From NCBI GenBank assembly GCA_964647565.1, contig CAZYIM010000002.1, forward strand, positions 69,222 to 133,221: a stretch of DNA of 64,000 nucleotides. The letters run 5' to 3'. The notes under the pieces were generated by a model. The model was not told where the DNA came from, ran no database searches, and saw nothing but the letters and a program-made list of their open reading frames with translations. Origin of the DNA: an uncultured Methanosarcinales archaeon (GTDB taxonomy: Archaea; Nanobdellota; Nanobdellia; Woesearchaeales; CAZYIM01). How positions within the stretch are numbered: the stretch's first letter is position 1; the number at the start of each line of letters is the position of its first letter. Position numbers and translations under genes: made by a program. Shown here piece by piece: positions 47,601 to 55,747 of the stretch.

Positions 47601-48237
47601 TCAAAGCAAAGTCATACCTATTTTCGTTGCATACGGTATACTCACAGAGGAAGATCTGAAATCAAAAAAGGTTCTTTGGTCTTATGTCAAAACCACTTAT
47701 GTATATACACATGTAATAAGTGGATTAAGAACTATTGATTTTGAAAGCAAATGGTACAAAGGTATTGAAGACGCAGTCATATATGGATTGACTCATGAGT
47801 ATGATCAGCTTCCTGGCATCAAGTGCTTTAAACCGCCTGTTTATTTTGGCGAGGACCTAGTCCGACCCCGTGATAAATGTACTGCCAAAATCGTTTCTAA
47901 TAAACTTCTCAACAGGGCGTGTGAGGGTCCGGGAGAAGGCGGGACATTCAAATCTGAGGTTTACGGAGATTTCCATTTTCTGGCAGAGTTCCCTGGCAGG
48001 ATAAATGCATTTGATACCGGCAAACTTAAAGATCTTCGGGCATCTTACTGCTTGCCGTGTCCAAAAACAAATGCAGATTATTTTGATGGCAGGCCTTATG
48101 TGACTTGGAAATTGAATACCCCTATTGATGAATGGATTTATAAATCAGACCATAATGATGATTTACTGAAATGTTGGAACCTTGGTAAGCCTGAATATTC
48201 CAGATTCATAAAACGGACCGAAGTTAGGGGTGGATAA
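41611..48237 (+). CDS. giant secreted multidomain protein (PKD, Cys-rich, caspase-like H/C dyad, NAGPA-like, helical repeats, SleB-like)
   Basis: Signal peptide; NFGDG..HDY...GVYT; ITHA..QACHSG; AAMNG..RS.V..LDGG; IVFSEG..MANWARNR..WP. Confidence 0.75.
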   Translation: MMKSRIVILVLMLFLVSAAFTSADLICSVPDYAGGAEWSEMALTFIGEAATSTASESVKVGRMLLNEVPFLYLCSPGIGFSSCPNVLANHYPEFDAYWDNYLEFDLKPQSNQFYSYSHFYLADYDDIISAIGFPSSFPLTAKFSFEAKNDIDSCRADTEITFVDTIEPSIDYLSSMCSSANSASFVLFVSENVVGGSEGDPVWGDPVFRDITVNFGDGTTKKYNSVSDLEFDSHDYGSEGVYTATVTLTDLGGNSDSETTIVKCGDQTVKAVLTAQDEQGNFYSTDPDSQFYAETIRLNADDAAADELVFSIGQSKPHALIRGFELDYDSSSIDLVDVADKTEYNIDFSRYANHDFKRRYTSGGHYYAVLMVEDSYLTPDFASFELIVSGSGSGGEIGGAGSDNDFTPPTHEPQAKSFCVVDEDCGIGSVCYNGKCVSLDLNKHACKESDGYRKFCDESVCIDNPTYNHPDIAATLMASPPRYDTCGCMGGSSFTDDSSKCASFTHVKEFSCGAGSNVDSEVKVCSADKTCIQTVFGGECRPKSSAQVLILQTTHDSPDKMFENTAEHLRKDALARGYAPENIYVRTMSVKQDIVNKINSFSSPLSELIFITHAWISDDPAPANSILDTYGGSLLAGKTNGKTTPDSILRAIHVPGFVKNLKPGIINDKTITTFQACHSGGGKSWSERFASISESELKDRTRNADRSIASIWAKYTDSYALGPPGGTLFLQLDDEKRLVAVDEYYWHYIEGGGVNGKRYSQEGISYFEALKKYALAPREWNIFGPDGKLIPIEQDNVVTMSVNERFDIDIHDSYFTVKYDGSVSPDGKFDILLTYGETVGLCNLGETPGFGCLLDPSNIFDTIVNSPDMSSCGDFTDHLVSAVDADGQFVDVIEHAELIERVENEFFVTMLEQAGYTSSDLTFEDYGHGQITGAVTGLSSLIFSKKKLKLISTVMYGEVGAKSTDVFFSMLNVAKAYASGQDKNQAIYLLKSDMKLFLTCVQKQLTHLDKLEFEKESEWESIGFNSDVQYKHVDYSRSVRAEVVKADLAGAVFDIVRSDEYDGRSAGELVRSNLGMVAAMNGVNYDTSGNPSELVIRNSEIVKDFAGSNEVRDPENSGVIGILNDGSVVGFRGDEYLALPDSEKKKFKFGVQGKLLVHKSLVNPVLAANEMDVNYMTHRSTVCVTAEGELQLINFRASDLTDSTATEALGFIRKLVGVSLFEAAQLLVSDEYGCEYAISLDGGTKSSFGARNKVTISGVSSPTYLVMYEDMDAIAPVYPSAEEFKTALKDADDKMTTLTTVIGNQDANSNLKDVLDSTNNLGDVNIQVLRLQNGLDKFFNDPEYSDYLKRSDVYFNKDLKKYNSYDFYFMHLLSSAQRLMVWMHSDQGEDAFKDQYASDYESVIEDTVLQLRTFINVLYNLLSLTAENCNALKECQDSVFNHGSNDMNIISISSPLLENFDSFDGTILRYFETSSKNPPFNSALVESPIQMKTYILDPLKTADDPTKLKLFRVLNLLFESASVGKYYGPWSVTYERAGRSLTEAILIGLKSENDDVKLSALNLFSTLVSDNPPFKVLLLKGTSSWDISRQYYDILFELAKGDDLRYVDPALDCLEHMLAGVPSSESQDFSPGFQQEVQYPNLDKAYAELINYLEDPDANAAVVEKIAGLFDTLFKHFKTFNGFKYDYMMDSQEEIYINRQEMHRKVISVLTDRLTYEESDFTRNKLAMALLSAGEVDSIFGESINDLMKTKITELLSATSDENIDYYTNFLAPMLSNIPQKSMTEIAGPLFEGIDFELSIETTHPGTHRIFKILKKLAEKMSPKTKVRSKQFYDDIIVQLFDIIKSESVPIEQKRLAFEAVYDAYMSAEGESEGGWSVKIVKLLPFKKQIQEFSQDEVVSHRALHLLEIIDSYEQELKSDDFNAAYITRQDIAEAMAIVFSEGLFFRGEHNSDVEPTESQKQIAMLMANWARNRALSRVWPNSLHEVGDKRHIFGYYQSKVIPIFVAYGILTEEDLKSKKVLWSYVKTTYVYTHVISGLRTIDFESKWYKGIEDAVIYGLTHEYDQLPGIKCFKPPVYFGEDLVRPRDKCTAKIVSNKLLNRACEGPGEGGTFKSEVYGDFHFLAEFPGRINAFDTGKLKDLRASYCLPCPKTNADYFDGRPYVTWKLNTPIDEWIYKSDHNDDLLKCWNLGKPEYSRFIKRTEVRGG

Positions 48238-48283
48238 ATCAGTTAAGACCAAGAAAGATCATATTGTATTATTACAGAAATAA

Positions 48284-48438
48284 TGCCCATGCCGGGACTT
48301 TCAAATCAAGAGGCATTCTTGGCGCCTCAAAGGATGTTTGAACCCGGGTCGTAAGCTGTTTGCACCGGCAAACCCAGGAAAAACTCGGTTTTATCGTTGC
48401 CGCAAGCTTATATGCTATCCAGGCTACACTACATGGGC
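48284..48438 (-). tRNA. tRNA-Arg(GCG) with two BHB introns (37/38, 42 nt; 59/60, 39 nt)
   Basis: GCCCATG/CATGGGC acceptor stem, TAAGC/GCTTA anticodon stem, CCGGG-TTCAAAT-CCCGG T arm; removing 48358-48399 and 48298-48336 gives a 74-nt cloverleaf. Confidence 0.93.
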
Positions 48439-48634
48439 ATCCTGCTGATGGAGGACAGGCTCTTTTTTATGTTTTGTTGTTTATTCTTCCTGATTTTAAC
48501 CATCAGATAGTGGTGAAATGCAAAAGATTTAAATATCACTCTTTATTCTCTTTAATCTTCTCGGGCAAGAAATGATGCTAGGTATAGTAATTTGTCTTAG
48601 CATCAATCATATAGAAATTTTAAAAGGTGAAAAA

Positions 48635-49135
48635 ATGGAAAACAAAACAAATGTCTATACACATTTTGAAGTTAAAGCCCGACCAAAAAAGGTCAAAGAT
48701 TTTGAACAGAGACTTGCATCTGTAGAAGGTGTGAAGGTATTGCAAAGTATTAAAAGTACATTTGGCTGGTTTTATGATGGCGTGATCTATGGTCCTGAAA
48801 ATGCTGTCAGCAGTGTTGCTGAAAATGTTAAGCTGCTGCAGAATAAAACTTTTAAGAGAATAAAACTTAATCTGCATTTGGTGAGAGCTGATCCTCAGCG
48901 TGGAAGCGACTATCCCTTAACTAGGTTAGAGGCTATAAACTCTGAATTAGACCATATGTTCGAACAAACTGCAGACCTGAGCGCTAACGTAGATCTTGAT
49001 TTTAAAAGCAGGGGCAGTAGTAGTGCGGGTTGCTTAGACGGTTATGTTATGGGTGAGCCTGAATCAGTATTAAAAATCTATAATTTCCTTGAAGCGAAAG
49101 GTGATTGTCGGCTGGAGATGTCATATCTGAAGTGA
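48635..49135 (+). CDS. hypothetical protein
   Basis: GGTGA Shine-Dalgarno; two loosely repeated DG.I/V.G.E units. Confidence 0.6.
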   Translation: MENKTNVYTHFEVKARPKKVKDFEQRLASVEGVKVLQSIKSTFGWFYDGVIYGPENAVSSVAENVKLLQNKTFKRIKLNLHLVRADPQRGSDYPLTRLEAINSELDHMFEQTADLSANVDLDFKSRGSSSAGCLDGYVMGEPESVLKIYNFLEAKGDCRLEMSYLK

Positions 49136-49209
49136 ATCAAGGTTTTTTGACCACTTCCCAGTAGTAAATTACCGAAAACTTTATAAATACTAAAATCAAT
49201 ATAACTGAT

Positions 49210-49887
49210 ATGAAAGCAATTTATGATCTATATGTAACAGATATGATGGGCACAACAACGCCCACAAAGGAGGAGCTGGCAAGGAGAAAGGAATACATCC
49301 GCCAGCCTAGTGTTCTAAAAGCAATTGAAGAGAGAACTGGCTGCACTAATATTGTCGAAGTCATGGAGAAAGGAGCTAAGGCAGGACATGAAGGAAGAAA
49401 AGACGATCCTGCCTTTCGAAAGATGATTGAGATCGATAATGTTGGAGTTCTTTTGGGATATGCCCGAAAAGAGCTGAAAATGGCTCTTTTTCCAGATGTT
49501 GGAGCGACTTTCCAGGCACTAAACAAGGCTGACGCCCGATTAAGGGTGTTTTCCAGCGGTGCAAGGGGAGGCCTGAAGGCTGGTTATGATTCTGTGGATC
49601 TTGACAGATTCGTTGAAGAGTATCATTCTCCTGACGAAGCCAAGACTCCGAGCAAGTTCAAACCAATCTCATACCAGAATATAGCAAAAGACGCTAAGGT
49701 CGACATCTCAAGGATGTGTTTTATCACAGATGACAAGAACGAGGCCAACACAGCTGTTGAAGCTGGTGTGGGCGGCGTATTCTACCTGCACACAACTGAG
49801 AAGCAAAACCCCCAGATAAAGGAACTCAAACCAGATGTGACTGTGCTGCAGCAATATTCACAGCTTGCACAATTGACAATTGAATAA
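49210..49887 (+). CDS. HAD hydrolase, enolase-phosphatase E1 (MtnC)-like
   Basis: TDMMGTT, LFPDV, VFSSG, K..P.SY, FITD...E...A..AG motifs. Confidence 0.7.
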   Translation: MKAIYDLYVTDMMGTTTPTKEELARRKEYIRQPSVLKAIEERTGCTNIVEVMEKGAKAGHEGRKDDPAFRKMIEIDNVGVLLGYARKELKMALFPDVGATFQALNKADARLRVFSSGARGGLKAGYDSVDLDRFVEEYHSPDEAKTPSKFKPISYQNIAKDAKVDISRMCFITDDKNEANTAVEAGVGGVFYLHTTEKQNPQIKELKPDVTVLQQYSQLAQLTIE

Positions 49888-49935
49888 GATCAAAAATTCC
49901 TTAAATATATAAATTAAAACACATTCCCAAATAAA

Positions 49936-50346
49936 ATGGAAGAAATAATCAAGCAACTGACCAAACGATTCGGAGATCACGTTGATTACAGCATTATGAC
50001 CGATGCGCAGAGAGAGTTCTTACAGAATCAGGACATTCCTGGCATGACAACTGAAGATCTTCATTCACATATTTGCGTATCTGGCATGAACAATCAACCC
50101 CCTACCCCTGTGGTCTATTTGATTGACTGCGGCAAGGCCCAGAGAGATAAAGACGCTTATATTGAAGACAGGCTCAGATTATATAAGCAGGCAACTGGAA
50201 ACCAGACGCCTGACGAATTGAGCAAGAAAAACTTCTTCTTTGCATTAAAGGATGATTCTTTAGTAGGCATAGAATTTGCCTTTTTAAAGATTAATTATGA
50301 TAATGTGGCTAAAGGCGCAGATCACTTTGACTTTAGAGATGCTTAG
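49936..50346 (+). CDS. hypothetical protein
   Basis: 136-aa ORF with upstream TATA. Confidence 0.6.
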   Translation: MEEIIKQLTKRFGDHVDYSIMTDAQREFLQNQDIPGMTTEDLHSHICVSGMNNQPPTPVVYLIDCGKAQRDKDAYIEDRLRLYKQATGNQTPDELSKKNFFFALKDDSLVGIEFAFLKINYDNVAKGADHFDFRDA

Positions 50347-50974
50347 AAACACTCTTCTTTAATCTTAATCTCAACAACAGGTTTACGTTTACAAGCACTA
50401 GAACTCCGACCAGTATTGCAAGCATGAATATCTGCGATGTGCCGCTGCTGCCGCCTTCTTTTACAACAAAGCCAGTCATGGCCAGCATTCCATCCTCTCT
50501 TTGTTCTGCAAGCTCAGCCAGGCCCTTATCAACACCAACCATATTCAGCACAGCCTTGCCAAACTTGACGCTTGCAGGCGCTATCAATACAGCTGCCTGG
50601 CCAAGGACCTGATCACCGACCTTGCCCTTGTGATCAATAGGATAGACCACACAGCTTATCTCATCTCCCTCTTTAAATCCCGAGAAGCTCCTGTCATCCT
50701 GATCAGAAAGCAATACGCCATTCTGATACCAGATATACTTCAATTCAACACTTTTTTGGTGCTCGTCAGCTACAACCACTTCACAAACCAGCTCCTGGTC
50801 CTCATAGACCTCTTCAGGCACCAAAGCCAGGCTCTTGACCCGCGGTGCCCTATTGGTAATCCCAATAGAAACATAACCCTCTTTGTTCACATTGCCTATG
50901 CCCTCAATATATTCAGCACTGGCAAAACCAGAAAAAAGAACAAACAGCATGAACAACAACCACAATTGTTTCAT
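50333..50974 (-). CDS. secreted Ig-like protein with C-terminal TM anchor
   Basis: Signal peptide; N.AP..L.P, Y.WYQNG, GDEISC.V.P.D; MTGFVV before the TM. Confidence 0.75.
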   Translation of the reverse strand: MKQLWLLFMLFVLFSGFASAEYIEGIGNVNKEGYVSIGITNRAPRVKSLALVPEEVYEDQELVCEVVVADEHQKSVELKYIWYQNGVLLSDQDDRSFSGFKEGDEISCVVYPIDHKGKVGDQVLGQAAVLIAPASVKFGKAVLNMVGVDKGLAELAEQREDGMLAMTGFVVKEGGSSGTSQIFMLAILVGVLVLVNVNLLLRLRLKKSVSKHL

Positions 50975-51080
50975 AGGTAATTATTGGTAGTTATCATATA
51001 AAAAACTTGCTATAGCTTCAAACATTAGGGGGTTGCATCTTACTTTCAACAACCATCTTAAAGAAATTGTAACAGAAATC

Positions 51081-51305
51081 TCAGTTCCCATACATTCTAC
51101 GACCATGTCCATCAGTCATAATTATTTCATGACCATCTGGACCGATTCTCCAGGATCGACTACGAACTACTCCTTCGCCTTGTGCTTTTTTTTTATTGTC
51201 ATCTATAGAATTATAATTTCGCCCAACATCTAAGGATATATAAGTATGAAATCGATAATTTCCATCAGGTAATTTTTCTAGTTGACCCATTTTTATATAG
51301 TCCAT
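51081..51305 (-). CDS. small hypothetical protein
   Basis: 74-aa ORF with upstream TATA. Confidence 0.45.
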   Translation of the reverse strand: MDYIKMGQLEKLPDGNYRFHTYISLDVGRNYNSIDDNKKKAQGEGVVRSRSWRIGPDGHEIIMTDGHGRRMYGN

Positions 51306-51398
51306 AATCTTAGATATATAAAGGTTTCGGTTATGTCGTATCTAAATAGTGGTAACTTTATAAAAAGTTTTAAAAAGGATGGAACGTTCACTTTGGTC

Positions 51399-52229
51399 AT
51401 GGCATTGGATACCAAACAATTTATTGATCTTGCTTATAGTAATACATTCGGGTTTACGATCACTACAGAGGATCCGGATTTGCTTAGGAAATGGGCTAAA
51501 GAAATAGCACCAAAAAAGACCTGTGCCATAGCAAGTGGTGGGGAAAGCATATATCTGGGATTTCTTCCACAAGATGGGCAAGTGGTTGGGGTGGACGCTG
51601 CTTATAATTCACTAGCCGTAACATATCTTAAAGGAAAATTAATTGAGAGCCGTTCAACACAGGACCTAAAGAGATTGATCAGTCAGGGCGTAGAGGTTTT
51701 TAATAAGGCGTTAAGGCAATTCCTGCCAGATTTACCAAAAAGGCTAAGAATATCTATTGAAGACACTCAGGAGCTTGTGGGCAGCACCAATCCACAATAC
51801 AAGCATTTGTGGGAAAGGTTCTCTGATATCTGGCTGAATACTGCTGACGAGGTCATCGACTCATCAAGAGACCATATGCATAACCTCGTCCTGGTGCATG
51901 GCGATATGGCAGATTGCAAAAGATGGGCAGAATTCCAACTGACCTATCCTTCAAATGCAGTGGGATATTCCGGATTCACAAGAAGCCCATTAAATCCCTA
52001 TGACCTGATATTACTGACAGAACAGGGCGGATGTGTCATATCCTCTTCAGAATTACCTGCTGACAAAACCAAAACATTCAAATTGGAAAAGACAGCCAAC
52101 GGTTCACTCTCAGACCACCAATACTACCTCTACAGAAAGAATGAGCGATTCTGGACCAACTCTGCAGCCAAGATCATTACCCAAACAAAAAAAACCATCA
52201 ACAAATCACCTTTAAGGTACTTGTTCTGA
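51399..52229 (+). CDS. DUF3419/BtaA-like SAM-binding protein
   Basis: TED...L, AIASGG, VVGVD....L..LK, Y.SN motifs. Confidence 0.55.
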   Translation: MALDTKQFIDLAYSNTFGFTITTEDPDLLRKWAKEIAPKKTCAIASGGESIYLGFLPQDGQVVGVDAAYNSLAVTYLKGKLIESRSTQDLKRLISQGVEVFNKALRQFLPDLPKRLRISIEDTQELVGSTNPQYKHLWERFSDIWLNTADEVIDSSRDHMHNLVLVHGDMADCKRWAEFQLTYPSNAVGYSGFTRSPLNPYDLILLTEQGGCVISSSELPADKTKTFKLEKTANGSLSDHQYYLYRKNERFWTNSAAKIITQTKKTINKSPLRYLF

Positions 52230-52349
52230 CTTGATTGGAAGATTAAGTTCCCCTTTCTATTCTTTCTAATCTACTAAAAACCATCACACATAAATATTTA
52301 TATATCCCTTTATAATCCTTTTATTTGGACAATGTTAGGAGGTTGAAAA

Positions 52350-53357
52350 ATGGTGAAAATCGGCATAAATGGATTTGGTGTCATGGGAAGATACCTTACA
52401 AGAGCAATACAGCTGGAACAGCTGGCAGGAACACTTGTCAAAGAAGAGGTTGAGATTGTGGCTGTTAATGACCTGTTCCCTGCAGAACAATTAGCACCTT
52501 TGCTTGCGCATGACAGCATCTATAGGGCTTTTCCAGGCAAAGTAGAAGTTGATGGCAAAGATATTCTTGTTGACGGTAGAAGGATAGATGTCTCTGCTGA
52601 GAAGGTTCCATCTAAGCTGAACTGGGCAGACAGGGGCGTTGATATAGTCTATGAGGCTACAGGAGCATTTGCAAAAAAACCAGGAGTGGAAGGCCACTTA
52701 GAAGCAGGAGCAAAAAAGGTTGTTTTTGCTGTGCCAAGCACCTTTGCTGAAGTTACCATTGTTATGGGTGTTGATGAAGACAAATACACAGGGCAAGACA
52801 TAGTCTCAAATGCATCATGTACAACCAATTGTCTAGCTCCTCTTGCTGAGGCGCTTCGAAGAGAATATGGGGAATTTGATGGCCTGATGACTACAATCCA
52901 TGCCTATACTGCTGACCAGAGATTGCAGGATGCACCTCATAAGGATGTTGCAAGAGGGTATGCAGCTGCAGAAAACATGATCCCTACTACAACTGGTGCT
53001 GCAAAAGCAATCGGCCAGGTCATAGACAGCCTGGATGGCAGGCTGGATGGCGGAGCGCTTCGAATTCCCCTGCCTGTTGTCTCAATAGTGGACCTGACTG
53101 CAGACATAGGTACCACGCCAGAAAGAGTCAACGAAGTGATGAAAGCTGCAGCAGAAGGCTACCTTGAAGGCACATTTGAGTACAGAGAAGGGCCAGTTGT
53201 ATCCTCTATGGTGATCGGCTGTCCTATACCAAGTGTATTCGACGCAAGCCAGACAAGAACCCAAGGAAACTTAGTAAAGGTTTTCTCCTGGTATGACAAC
53301 GTAGCAGGATATTCCCACCAGGCAATAAAACTTATGCAGATGCTCGGGAACAAATAA
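52350..53357 (+). CDS. gap: glyceraldehyde-3-phosphate dehydrogenase, bacterial type (class I)
   Basis: IGINGFG, SNASCTTNCLAP, TTIHAYT, PTTTGAAKA, SWYDN motifs. Confidence 0.95.
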   Translation: MVKIGINGFGVMGRYLTRAIQLEQLAGTLVKEEVEIVAVNDLFPAEQLAPLLAHDSIYRAFPGKVEVDGKDILVDGRRIDVSAEKVPSKLNWADRGVDIVYEATGAFAKKPGVEGHLEAGAKKVVFAVPSTFAEVTIVMGVDEDKYTGQDIVSNASCTTNCLAPLAEALRREYGEFDGLMTTIHAYTADQRLQDAPHKDVARGYAAAENMIPTTTGAAKAIGQVIDSLDGRLDGGALRIPLPVVSIVDLTADIGTTPERVNEVMKAAAEGYLEGTFEYREGPVVSSMVIGCPIPSVFDASQTRTQGNLVKVFSWYDNVAGYSHQAIKLMQMLGNK

Positions 53358-53433
53358 GAAGCATTGGCTGGCTGTTTTTTTTTATTAGTTTTATTCAATC
53401 ATATTTATATAGTATAATACCCAATATAGATCT

Positions 53434-53757
53434 ATGGCCAAGTTTGGCAGGATTGCTAGAGGCAGGTATTTCCTGGAAGAAAGGGCATTTGGACCTGATC
53501 CTATAAACAGTGACATAGATATCCTTGGCGAGCTGGAGAATGAGATCATAGAATGCAAACCCACTGAGATCCACATACCTGAGCATAAAGGACCTGGATT
53601 CTGGGAGTACCTCAAGGATGTACTGATCGGCATCCTGCTGATCAAATCAAGAGATCACGGCTACAAGATGTTCTTCAATGACTACTGGTATGACCGCAAC
53701 ACCCGCCTCTTCGGAGATGATATCAAAGGCAGCAGCAAAGACGGTTATTATATGTGA
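53434..53757 (+). CDS. hypothetical protein
   Basis: 107-aa ORF about 25 nt after TTTATATA. Confidence 0.55.
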   Translation: MAKFGRIARGRYFLEERAFGPDPINSDIDILGELENEIIECKPTEIHIPEHKGPGFWEYLKDVLIGILLIKSRDHGYKMFFNDYWYDRNTRLFGDDIKGSSKDGYYM

Positions 53758-53760
53758 CAT

Positions 53761-53795
53761 ACCCCCTGATATATGAAGAGTTTCCAGGGGGTTTT
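53761..53795 (+). terminator. hairpin ACCCCCTG/CAGGGGGT followed by a T-run
   Basis: 8-bp stem between convergent genes. Confidence 0.5.
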
Positions 53796-53839
53796 ATGAA
53801 GAAAATAAAGAGACTAAGATTAAAGGAGAAACTTACAGA

Positions 53840-54451
53840 TTACCAGTCTAGAAATGGAAGCAAATGAGATTCTTTTTTTAGTTTCTCTAACTGCTGTGCA
53901 TCTATTGACTTGCCATCGTCACTTAGTATGTCTTCGCCAGCACATGCTTCCTTTACTTTACTCAGCAGATAATCCCTTTCAGAGCTCAATTCATCAATTT
54001 TCTCATTAAAGAAATAACTCTTTAAATCCTGTTTAATCTTATGCTCGTCCTGTTCATGCTTGATAATATCCTGAGAAATACTAAGAAATCCTTTAATACA
54101 ATTGATATAATCGTTAGAATCCAGTTTATCAAGCTTTATACGTATCACTTCATGTTCTCCCATTAACATAAACTGCAAGTGTTTCCAAGGGTGACCATCA
54201 GGATGATTATGAATCCCTGCTTTTTTAGTTACATTTTTAGACCAAGCACCTTCCACAAGATATTTTGTAGAGATTATACTGAGGCAATATTTTTCTTCAA
54301 TAAGGGAGTTTTCTTCTGATAATTCCAGATTTAAGCCATCCCCTGGATATTTTATTTTGGATTCATGACTTGTTGCGTGTCTTTGCTCTTCTAAATGTGA
54401 AGCATTTGCATAGACTGGCAGTAAGTAAATATGCGTTTTTTTCTTAGACAT
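53840..54451 (-). CDS. hypothetical His-rich protein, putative toxin
   Basis: GIHNHPDGHPWKHLQ motif; 1-nt gap from the upstream RHH-like gene. Confidence 0.6.
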   Translation of the reverse strand: MSKKKTHIYLLPVYANASHLEEQRHATSHESKIKYPGDGLNLELSEENSLIEEKYCLSIISTKYLVEGAWSKNVTKKAGIHNHPDGHPWKHLQFMLMGEHEVIRIKLDKLDSNDYINCIKGFLSISQDIIKHEQDEHKIKQDLKSYFFNEKIDELSSERDYLLSKVKEACAGEDILSDDGKSIDAQQLEKLKKESHLLPFLDW

Positions 54452-54452
54452 T

Positions 54453-55097
54453 TTATCTTAACTTCTTCTCTATGTCCCTATCAAACGACTCCATAGAAAA
54501 ATTATTCCTTAAATAAGCTTTCCTCCACTTTTCCGGATTAAAATAATCCTCCTGGGTTACAAGCTCATAGATCTTAACAGAAAACATCTCTTCTAATACA
54601 TTCTTGACAGCCACCAAATACAAAAGAGAGAATTCAGTAGGATCATGTTTTTGGAATATTTTAGGATCTCTCCAAGTAACTATCTTTTTCTTATCAGTAA
54701 ATTTCGCGGCATCTGTACTAATATTGATTATTTCCAAATCCAGCTCCCATTCACCTGTAAGCTGCTCTCTTAAGTCTCGTTTATTTCGGATTACACTCAT
54801 AAAAGAAAGATCATTATAATTACACAAGATCGTGTGCTTGGCTGTATCTGTGGCAATTGTTAATATCTTGCTTAGCCTGCTGTATTTTGTCCCAATCACA
54901 TTATTCCTCTTGAATATCTGAGAGCTGGACTCGTTGAGCGTATTCTGTGCAATATGCATCAACTTCTTTATTATTCCTTCATGGGTCTCTCCTTTAGAGC
55001 CAAAACTCTCTAATTCGTGCTTGGTTTTCTCAGTCACTCTTAATGTCGTAATCTTATCCACACTTTTAACTTCAATAATCTGTCCCATTTTAATCAC
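54453..55097 (-). CDS. hypothetical protein with N-terminal RHH-like antitoxin domain
   Basis: ITTLRVTEKTKHEL..FG.KGETHE.II.KL. Confidence 0.65.
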   Translation of the reverse strand: MIKMGQIIEVKSVDKITTLRVTEKTKHELESFGSKGETHEGIIKKLMHIAQNTLNESSSQIFKRNNVIGTKYSRLSKILTIATDTAKHTILCNYNDLSFMSVIRNKRDLREQLTGEWELDLEIINISTDAAKFTDKKKIVTWRDPKIFQKHDPTEFSLLYLVAVKNVLEEMFSVKIYELVTQEDYFNPEKWRKAYLRNNFSMESFDRDIEKKLR

Positions 55098-55168
55098 ATA
55101 TCATATATCGTATATATGAAATATATAAAATATATGGCATATATAAATCTTTCTGTTTTTTATGCTGA

Positions 55169-55608
55169 CAGCTGGAAACTACCTCAATAAAACACCTAAC
55201 CAACATAGGCATCAACAACATATCCGCCTAGCCCATAAGAAACAAAGAAGAAGACACAATCGATTCAAACCTCTCCCCCCTCGAAGAAGAGTTAGATAGG
55301 ATGCAGACGTGGGTCGAGAACCACAACAAAAACTCAGAGCCTAAGATAAGACTACTCAGAGAAAAAAGCAAAATCGCCTACCAAACAGGTCAAAAGCTGA
55401 CTTTGTTCCCGGATGGGACACTTTCTAATAGTTGGTGTAATAATTAGCTCAATGTCAATTAGAAGCATTGGCCCTTGCAATAACCGTTTTAGAAAGCTTG
55501 GGATTAGCAACCAAAGAAGCAAAAGCCATCCAACAAACCCGAGAATACAGACAGCAGATGTTCACTAATTATAACACAGCGGGAACCTTAGTTGATGAAG
55601 GATTGTGA
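55169..55608 (+). pseudogene. degraded ORF remnant
   Basis: Protein-like frame interrupted by TAG at 55229 and a later stop/frameshift. Confidence 0.35.
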
Positions 55609-55747
55609 CGGGGAAAACTCAGATCTTGTTCTTGTTCCTTGTTCTACGTCGGGCCGTGGCGTCATACTCCTGATATAACGCCAAATGGCCTTTTTAGGCC
55701 ATTTTGTTATTATATAAGGACGAACTGTTTCTTTGGAGGCATGAAAA

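Noticed and set aside
48360..48575. 71-aa ORF from the track
   Set aside because: It overlaps the tRNA antisense; spurious
55650..55720. Intact tRNA upstream of the integrase
   Set aside because: Only about 13 nt look tRNA-like; no T arm or acceptor complement
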